Translations under genes and position numbers: made by a program
Notes under the pieces: model-generated
What the model saw: the letters and a program-made list of their open reading frames with translations, nothing else
Databases searched by the model: none
Told to the model about the DNA's origin: nothing
Part shown: positions 35,701 to 45,349 of the stretch, piece after piece
How positions within the stretch are numbered: the stretch's first letter is position 1
Layout: each line of letters begins with the position of its first letter
Source: Oopsacas minuta
Taxonomy: Eukaryota; Animalia; Porifera
Direction of reading: 5' to 3'
Assembly: GCA_024704765.1 (NCBI GenBank)
Contig: JAKMXF010000347.1
Coordinates: forward strand, 133,270-197,269
Length of the DNA: 64,000 nucleotides

Positions 35701-38700
35701 CATCAAGATGTCAATACACGTGTCATATTTGGATCTAGCTTTCCATGTGACCAGGAGTACTCTGCAGTTTGTCTTAACATCAATAGGATAAAGATGTACA
35801 TGGAATCTGGTAAAACTATCATTTTGTTGAATCTTGAGAATCTCTATGAATCTCTGTATGATGCTTTGAATCAGTACTACATGGTATTGAATAATCAAAG
35901 ATATGTAGATCTGGGGTTAGGTACCCATCGAATGAAGTGTCGTATTCACCAAGATTTCAAACTGATTGTAGTGGCCGACAAGGAAACTGTACAGGAAAGA
36001 TTTCCTACCCCTCTCATTAATCGTCTTGAGAAACATTTCCTAACAATGTCAACAGTATTGTCTAAAGACACGGACAATGTCAAAATTTCTGAGCAACTAA
36101 CTGAATGGGCAAAGAATTTTTCTACAATTGATAATGATCATTCTAGATTAGAGGAGAGAGATTGCTTTATTGGCTATCAAAGTGATACTCCATCGTGCAT
36201 TGTATTTCATGTCATAAAGGAGTACGAAAATGGCACGGCTTTGGATGGACAATATCATTGTAGATCAGTGTTGGAGAGAAGTCAGACTCTATTTCTAAAA
36301 ATGGCTACTACAGATGCTGTATTACGTGTGAAGAACAGTCTCCTCTCTGAAAAATCTGATGAACTAATAGACGAGTATTTTAAACTGGGGCTAGGCAGTC
36401 TTGAGGAGTATTTGCTAAAGGTGATGGATGATAAATGTAATAATACATTAGGGGCACATCTTACACTCACTACAACACACTCAAGAATTATGACAGACAA
36501 AGATGTGGATGAGTTGAATAGACGACTATATTCAAGTGCAAATACAAATACAATTGAGATAACAAACCTTTCTCTTCACCAATTCCAGACAGAGCAACAG
36601 TACTCTCGTGAGATTCAGAAGTTCTTGAGAGGAAGAGGGTTAGTGATGAAAGGGGACTGTTACAAAAAGATACTCCTGGTTCAGTGTGAAAGAGGAGCAG
36701 ATAATGCTAAGCTGATAACTTGTGCTCGTCTTAAGACTGTAGATGAGTTAAAGGACTGGATAGAAAGAGATGGAGAGTGTCAAGATGAAATATTTATTGT
36801 ATTCTTGATTCTACTGAAAAGAGAAACACATGGAAGTAAGTTTGCAAGTTTTTGTGGAGGTGATTGGAACACAGTTCATATTGATGACATCCATTCCCTG
36901 GATTATACTGAATTACCCCTCATCTCTCTTCTATATGGAAAACCAAATTGGCAGCTGTTTGATGAATATGATAAGGTAAACTTTGTGTTGTTGTAAATTT
37001 AATTGATTTGATTGCTCAAAAGCAAGGTAGAAAACAATTCGAACCGAATATCAGTATGCATGAAAAACTGCCTTACCGAACACTGAACACTGATACTGAA
37101 AATATTCGGTAAACTCAACTGAATGCTTCTGATAATAGTCGGTTTTGGTCAATTGATTCCGGATACTGCTATTCGGTTATTAACCGATTATCAACTACAG
37201 CAGATCTCGGATATAACGTACTCGGCTTAAGAAGTACTTTTTTCAATAATGGATCATTAATTTTGTACTAATTGTATAAGAAAAATATTTAGATAAGATG
37301 TACAGTACGCACTATTTTTTGTTTCCTGAGGGGTATACATTATATCCGATCTCTACTGTATTAATCAGATATTTCTCTGTTGAACTGAAAATTCAAACAT
37401 TCTGTTACAACCTTGCTACATTTCTTTACCAATCTTTAGATAACACCGCAACATATATCCCATAATAGAAGATTTAATGATTGTATTCAGCAAGCAGCTT
37501 CAAGATTAGACGATATTCATAGCAGTGGAATGCGTACTGTTGAAAGAATTCGAGATTTGAATATTCTCCTGACAAAAGACAAGTATCGTAGTAAGGAATT
37601 GTACTTAGTCGTTATGTAGCACTTCTAGTGTTTGGGGGGTAGAAATATACCCATCGCCTGGTTCAGACTCTCCCTGAATTACACAACAGAAATTTCTTAA
37701 AATGTTACGTCAATTTCCTGTTGCTGTATTTTAACCGATAACGGAAGGGAAAATATTTGCAATTTTTGAGGCAAAAACGGCGTATTTTTGCGGAAATTTG
37801 GGAAATGTTCTTACGATCGCAATATGTAGACCGTAATCGGTTAATTAATCGCGTCAAAATTAACATCATGACCACATGTATATTATTAACTTCTTTCAAA
37901 CTTGAGTTAAGGAGTGTTAGGAATGATTCTGTACAAGAGGAGGTAGTTTTATGCAATTATGTAATATGGAAGCAAGACAGGCATTCTAATTTCAGGAATT
38001 TTTCGATTAATACACTATGAAAACAAATTTCATGAATAATGTTTACCTTTTTCGAAATGCGTTTATTTATATATTCCTTTTCATAGTTGAGTTCATCAAG
38101 ACATTATGTCAAAGATTGACTAATCTGTTGAGAGATCAATCTAATTCTTCAATTGATACCAACACTAATTGGTTACAACAGACAGCTAATTGTGTAGAAG
38201 ACATACAATCATCTGGGACTTTCCGTAAAGCTGTAAATCTCCGTATTAACAGTGCTATTACTCCTCTAATAGCAGAGTTGATTGCTTGTATAGATAGAAA
38301 TGGAAATCTAGAGCTAGCTCTCTATAATGAAAAAGTACCAGAATGTTTATTCAATCTCTGGTATGATATATTCAGAGATGAGCGTCTGCTTATGTTACAA
38401 TACAAAGACACAATCTCTCCAAACACACTACTACCTAGAAGGAGAGTTCCTGTATTAAGTGATGGAGGTGGTGGAGAGTATTTCAAAGCTCAATTTCCTT
38501 TCTCTTGGTTGATTAATCAGCGTCTAGCTCAGCTTTCATCGGAAACAAAAATTTTATCAGGTGAAATACATCTTTTTACTGCTCGACACTTAGCATGTGA
38601 TTGATTTCTTCGGGTATTTCGGCCCAGTGTTAAAATGCGATTTACTGTACCAAACTATGCTATCGTATACAGTGGAATCTCGTAGTATAGTGGTATAGTG

Positions 38701-38988
38701 GCCATAGTGTGAAGTTATATACAATATAAGATGGTTCTAATATGCTTTAAAGAAACTTTGCATATAGTTGACTGATAAAAGAATTATCAACACAATTGAC
38801 ACAATTTAGGTGACGTCATCAACCAGGTAGAATTTGAAACGCGAATAACTTCATAACGATAGCAGCTAAGCTGATACTTCCAATTGATGAAGTATAATAG
38901 ATGTTATGACGTACACATTGGCCACATAATGGAAGTAGTGATGACAGATTAAAAATTTCAAAAATTCAGATTTCGCAATTGTAAAATA

Positions 38989-39031
38989 AAATTGTATACA
39001 AATTGTATACAAATTGTATACAAATTGTATA
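38989..39031 (+). repeat. 11-bp tandem repeat (AAATTGTATAC) x~4 in RNF213 intron 3
   Basis: Direct reading. Confidence 0.85.
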
Positions 39032-41828
39032 TCCTCCTAATGGCAAACCATAAATTCAATTCATGGTTAAGTTCAGATTGAGAAGCATGAAATTTCAATC
39101 TGTACCGACAGTAAGATCAATTGAAATTCTTCAAAGTTGCACTATTTAATTGGAGGCAATAGAAGAGTTAAATTTACCTGAAACACAGTTCTTCCAATTA
39201 ATTACGTCACTATAAATATGTTTCAATACATTTACTTACTATACAGTATTACCTATTAGTATAGTACGCTCAGCAAAGAAATTGATTGATGAGAACAAGA
39301 GGCAATTCGTTGCTTTCAGCTGCATACAATTATCCAGTTACTACTAGCCTTTCTAAAACTAGAGTATATTAGTGGAATAATTTGGAAATTTTGAGTGGAA
39401 ATTTGTGTAATACTTGACTGATTATAGAAAGAATAATTTCTCTTTAATTAACCTTTTATTAGTGTAGAGTCGAATTGAATTTCTCTATTTATAGTCGATC
39501 ATTCTGATGACTTTTGCAGACGTCTTGAAGTTGTTTTCGTGAAAACTCCCCTTGGGGAGAAAATAATGAAGTATATAATGGAAAAGGATGAGAGTCTTCA
39601 GCTAGTACAATTGTATTTACATGATTTCATATATATGAATCTATTTCCAATTGACAATAACAAATATCAGGTAAGTTTATTTCAGTTATCCCACCTCATG
39701 AGATCATATGTATACAAGTCGGGCTGAATATATACATCCAGTGTTCCCTCTAAGGATTCGAGTGGTATCCAGGAATTTTCTCATTTTCGAGGTTAGCCTC
39801 CGGGAATTTTCCTGAAAAATGCTCGAATCTCTAGCAAGATTTTGAATACATATCAAGAGTTGTATGTAATAAAGATTTTGAAAATAGTAATGTATATTCT
39901 CCATACCTGATAACCTAGCCATTGAAACAAAATCTCTAGCGTCATATGAAATATTATTAATTTGATGATTAATCTATGTATTTTGCTGTAACTTTCAGGC
40001 TCTGAAAATCCTAAACCGCTAAGCAACCAATTACCCCTAACAATATGTTAAAACCTTATCTCTAATGCTTTCGAATTTAAATTGAAGAGTATGAAAATAT
40101 GATTAAATCATCAGGCGTGAAATCAGAGAGAAATATTCAAATTCATATCCTAGGTACAAATCTCCGACCCAAATCTCTGTGTGTACCAACTTTGTGTTAA
40201 CCGGACTGCCAAACTTCGAACGGCCTCGCGGATGTACGGACGTCGCACATCGTCCATGCCATTTGGGCATCTCTCTATAGGAGCTGTACTAAAATGATTA
40301 ATTGTGTTTGTGAGTATTACGCATAGCACAGAAAATCATTTAGATTTCTGTATTTTGAATAGGTCTATAAAACCGTCCTTCAGAACTATATCAATACCTC
40401 ATTACCCGATGAAGATGAAGAGCAGAGAGATATAATGACTATTCCAAGAATTCATTGTGCTTTTGAGAACTCAAAGCAGTTATTAGAATTATTTCAACAA
40501 GCATTTCAATTGGATAATGGTTTAGCTGGACAATTTAATAAGATTATCTCAAAGTTGGAGAAAGTTGATGATGAAAAAATGAATTGTTTAGAACTAGTCT
40601 TGATAGAAGTAATAATTAATCTGTGTGGCCACAAGAAAGAACGTACAGCTAGCAAGAAGCTAGCTGAGCAGTATGTGAGTGAGGTTAATCAATGGCAAGC
40701 TATAGTGGAGAAGGGATTGAGTTTTAACCAAAATTCATCTGATGAAAATGAAAAATTCAAACTAGAATTGAGGTACAATTTATTTTGGCTCGGACAAGTT
40801 CGAGTCTTGGAGGAAATTCGCTTTTTTGGCATTTTGGTTTTGAGAAGTTGGCATCCCTGTCAAAACCCGGAATTCAAGGGACATGTAATTGCCATACTTG
40901 TAGAAATACATATCCTTATTGCATACGGACTGAACATTTGTAGGAAAATATGACAATAATTTCGCATTATAGGCAATGATTTCGCATATTTCCATATATT
41001 ATTTATATGTAATTATTTATATCTTTAGATGCAGGTGGACTCGTATTATTGCAGTTCAATTATTTATTGGTAATTGCGCCCTTGGTGTTTGGTACAGTGA
41101 AATTGAATCTAAGATACACAAACTATTTACGGTAAGTTGATTATGAAATAGTAAAACTTACTATTTCTTTTTAATACAGTCAATATCGAACACAGATATA
41201 TTGAAATACCAGCTTATATTTGAGTCTGAAATTATACTAAAATGGTCTCCATTGTATTTCTTAGAGATTTAATTGAGGAGCCCTACCAAAATTGAGATAT
41301 TCCTGATGAAAAAGAGGGCCTAATAAACCACTGATTTCTCAAACCGTCAAAGAAATATTATAGTACCGGGTATACCGAAATAATTATCGCGGACACATTA
41401 ACTTCGTTATAACGGAGTTATTTGTTATCTAACAATATTAACATTTGATCTATCCAATTGGCAAGAATGATAGCTAGTAAATTTTATTACTATCTTATCA
41501 GGTTTATGAATTCATGTTACTGTTTCACTATCTAGCTCCTTGGAGAAACTCCAGATTTCACTTCTGTAGAACTAATCAAAGAAGTCATTCAAATACTAAC
41601 AAACTGTATGAAGAAAATGAAAAAAGGTTCAGGGTAAGGGATGACCCGATGTTCCTAATAATATTGAATGGATGATCAATAATTAACTTTCTCCTAAATA
41701 TATATTTATCATCTGTGTTCCCTCCAATTTACTTGTAACAAGGCATCTGATGGGGAATATAGGCAATAATCCGGGGCGTATTTATAGACAGTTAGACACA
41801 CTTACTCTCAAATTTTGTGGGGTATCAG

Positions 41829-42249
41829 TAGGGCATTAGTCGATCGTGTTAAACAAGATTACGATCCCGATCCCGTTCAAGATCCTTATTTCAAAAACGA
41901 TCGCGATCCCGATCATTTTTCTGATCGTTTGTGAATATTCAAGATGTGTATTATTGATTGTTCCATAATTTCTTATGCCAAAAGAAACATAGGTGGAAAA
42001 TCAACACATTCTACGAACGAATATTACTGATCATTGGACACAAATTTGGAACAGTTACCTAAGTATACAAAACGCTAATGATAGTAGCATTCAAAGTATA
42101 CAAAAATGATCCAAATTTTTGTGCAAAAAAGGATCGCGATCTTACATCCGATCTTTCATAATACAATGATCGCCGATCGTCGCCAGATCGTCAAAGAAGT
42201 ATCGCGATCGTGATGGAGCGATCAATGATCGTACGATCCTAATGCCCTA
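41829..42249. mobile_element. hAT-type MITE (421 bp) with perfect 8-bp TSD and GATC-rich subterminal repeats, in RNF213 copy 1 intron 7
   Basis: TIRs TAGGGCATTAG(TC)GATCGT / ACGATCCTAATGCCCTA; GGTATCAG at 41821-41828 and 42250-42257; many GATCGCGATC/GATCCCGATC units near both ends. Confidence 0.9.
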
Positions 42250-44835
42250 GGTATCAGGTATGCGCTCTGAATTCCTAAATGAGGCACTCAAAGTGTTACA
42301 AATCCCGGTGTGGGTGTTTGGTTTAATAAAGACAAAATTCTAGGGGAATACCTCCAGATTGAAGTAATAAAATCGACTTTGCGCATACACCGAATTTATA
42401 ACCACTATTACATTAGAAGTACCTGAGAAAACATAAACCTTGAAGTGAGGATAACATTATTATTTGATGAAGAATATAAAGTACTGTAGACCTCGAATAG
42501 CGTGTTAAATACACTGAACAATATCCAAGGTATATTCACTTGACAACTACTAAAATAGTGTTAAAATACACTGGAACAACATGGAAGCACAATTGCTGTT
42601 CTGTCTGTACACAAATGTTGCAGAATCTTTTACACAGTACCACCACGTTATGTACTATTTAATATATGCCCAATGGACATGCACACTGTAATATATGCAT
42701 TCTCAGATTCTTGTAATATAATTAAGACGCATGCACATTGTAGATTTTAAAATATGTACGGATTCTATAAGGGAAATACTGTATATCATAACTCGCATAT
42801 ATCTAGATTAACTGCACTTGACATACAAGAATTCCAGATTAAAGCTACAAGATTCTTCATTAGTATCCTAACCAATCTAACATTCAAATCTATACGATTA
42901 GAAGATAGAAATAATGAACTGAACAATCTGATAATGGGGTTTGTGAAATCCAATGAGAAGAATGTAGGCAAAATGTTCTCTGACAAAGGACAAATTATTA
43001 TATTTACAAAAGATGGAGTTGATCCTTCTCCAACTTTCAGAGCCTATTTACTACAGATGCTGATTAGATATAGGTAACCTTCTTTATTATTTTAGAAGAA
43101 ACTTCCCCAAAAGGTTATCATGTCATATCGTAATTTTATCTCATTTTTCTAGGCAAGATGTCTTTAAAGATTATATTTCTGACTATTTGACAAATGTTGT
43201 GAATAATTTGAAGAATAATCTGATGAAGAGCGAATTATATCTACTGATATCTCAATCAATTGAGGTAATATTAATGTAAATATTTGGCCATATATTGTAC
43301 ATGCGAGAGCACTGCAGCGCCAGACAAATTTCAGGACATAAACTGGAAAGTTTTGGTAATTTACTGAATTAATTATTTAGGATTCTCTCCATCAACTAAT
43401 TAAAAGTGGAAAACCTGATCAAGAAACTGAGTTTGTCAAATTCCACATTAACAATGTAACTCGAGATCAACCAGATATATCATATCAATTGCTGGAAAAG
43501 ATAGCTAGACTGAGGTTTATCAGTGTGTACATATCTAAATGGGTTGTTGAATGCTATAACCTTCTTAAAACACAATCAAACACACAACTACCTGATCATA
43601 TACTAGGAGAGAGAATGAGATTGATTACCAGCTTTCAGGAAATCTGTTTAATGAAAGGACACGAAGATATCCATTCACTTCTCTTCAAGAGTATATACCA
43701 TAAGCTGGGAAGTGATACACTTAATCGTCTTAAATCAAATATCTCCTGTTCCTGGATTATACCAGAATGTGTTTCAGACAATATTGAGGTACCAGTTACA
43801 AATACTAATGCCAAATATATTCTGAAATAATTATAATTATTATTACTCTAAGATCTCTCTCAAATTGAAGTTTATAAATACCATATTTCTCTGAATAAGC
43901 GCCCTGTACTTATTCATATGTAGACTAATCACTTGTTTCTATATACACTCAGTGTCCATAATCTTACTAATACTTGACTTTAATAGTTATTTCTTATTTG
44001 CCATGTAAAATTATGCTTAATTACTTGTGTGAGAATACTCCGGTGCGAATTCAGAAATACATTAATTTATTTGAATCAAATACTTGTAGATTCCTGATTA
44101 TTTTCTAATATACAAAGCAGAATATACAATAATGAAAATTGCAATTGAACAAATAATTAGGATACAGACTAAAGAACCTCTCTTGCGGTTATTCAATCCT
44201 GGAAATGTGAGTATTGTACTTCTTAGTGAGTTTAATTTCCTTATGAAAATCTTTCAATCAACTAAATACTCCGCTGTAGAAACCTGAACCAGCAGAGTAC
44301 TTCATATACTGCCTTTTTCAACTAATCGTATCTTCTATACAACAAAATGGAGAACCTCAGATATTTACAATTGAGGTTTGTAATATTATTTCTTAAACAT
44401 AAATTTAACTCAAATATTTATTGCTTGATTTTATGGATATTATGATTATGTAATCCTAAATAATGATAATCAAAAAGTATTTGATGTGTTTTTAGAAATT
44501 TGATAGTCTGAAAGACTTTGTGAATTCTGACCTGAAGAAAATCAATCCAGTACTATACAATTTAGCTATTCAGATAGCAACAAACAACTTTGGAAATGGA
44601 AATCTACCAAATCTTAAACTTACAGATACTTCCAGTAATCATGAATTATTCCTAATCAGACTAATATACCATGTAGCTGTTATGTTATCTTGTAAGAAAT
44701 ATCACAAGCTGTTCCTACCTATTGCTTTGATATACGAGGACCCTCAGACTCTACAGGATAAGTTATTTCCTACTATGATGGATGATCCACTAATATCTGC
44801 TAAAGTTGCTATGATTGGAGAATCTGGAAAATGGT

Positions 44836-45349
44836 ACCAATGTCCTAAAGGTCATCCTTACTTCATTGGAAATGTAAGTGCTAATGACATCCAATCATAT
44901 AGGTGTACAGTATACTGTAAATTTTTACAGGACCATCACGTGAATTAGCCTCCAATCCATCATCTGAGTCAGGTGCAGCACAACCTGTGCAGTCTGACGT
45001 ACGCCGGACCTCTATATCCTCTCAGACTGGTAATTTTCCTGTCTTTGAATGAAAAGAAATAGAGCCTTTGGGTATTATATCATATTCAGGTATATAAATA
45101 TGGTCCAATGTCCTACACATGACTAGGTATAATATCGGAAATCCGCCGCTGGACCACATATTGAAACGATGCGTCGCCACCGCAAGTACACCTACATGAT
45201 TTCGGCGTCCCTCTTAGGTTAAATACGCTGTCCAAGGCTAATTACATTCCTATCATAAATTTGTTTTGATTATCTATTTGTAGTGTGGCGGTGCAGTAAC
45301 CACTTACGTTTGTGCTGATTGTGGGTGTAAAATAGGAGGAACAGATTAC
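44836..45349 (+). other. RZ finger of RNF213 copy 1, split by a phase-0 intron (44874-45283)
   Basis: Spliced peptide WYQCPKGHPYFIGN|CGGAVTTYVCADCGCKIGGTDY matches human CPNGHPCSVGECGRPMEQSICIDCHAPIGGIDH residue-for-residue in spacing. Confidence 0.9.
44931..45029 (+). other. Exon-like 99-nt segment (AG...GT flanked) inside the RZ-finger intron
   Basis: Acceptor AAATTTTTACAG (44930) and donor CTG|GTAATT (45030); GC-richer than its flanks; open as a phase-1/1 exon (PSRELASNPSSESGAAQPVQSDVRRTSISSQT) but gives DHHVN* in the host phase 0. Confidence 0.45.

Noticed and set aside
37028-37197. ACCGAATA-rich segment as a complete MITE
   Set aside because: Termini only loosely inverted and no TSD; probably a degraded repeat.
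39998-40022. Acceptor-like TTTCAG at 39997 as an extra RNF213 exon
   Set aside because: Phase-0 reading hits TAA after 7 codons; exons 4 and 5 already join in frame.
42597-42662. CSVCTQMLQN...LC peptide in RNF213 intron 7 resembling the start of a RING (human CSICLGDAKDP)
   Set aside because: Stops after 21 codons, lacks the remaining ligands in frame and has no phase-2 acceptor/donor pair; could be a relic but is not supportable.
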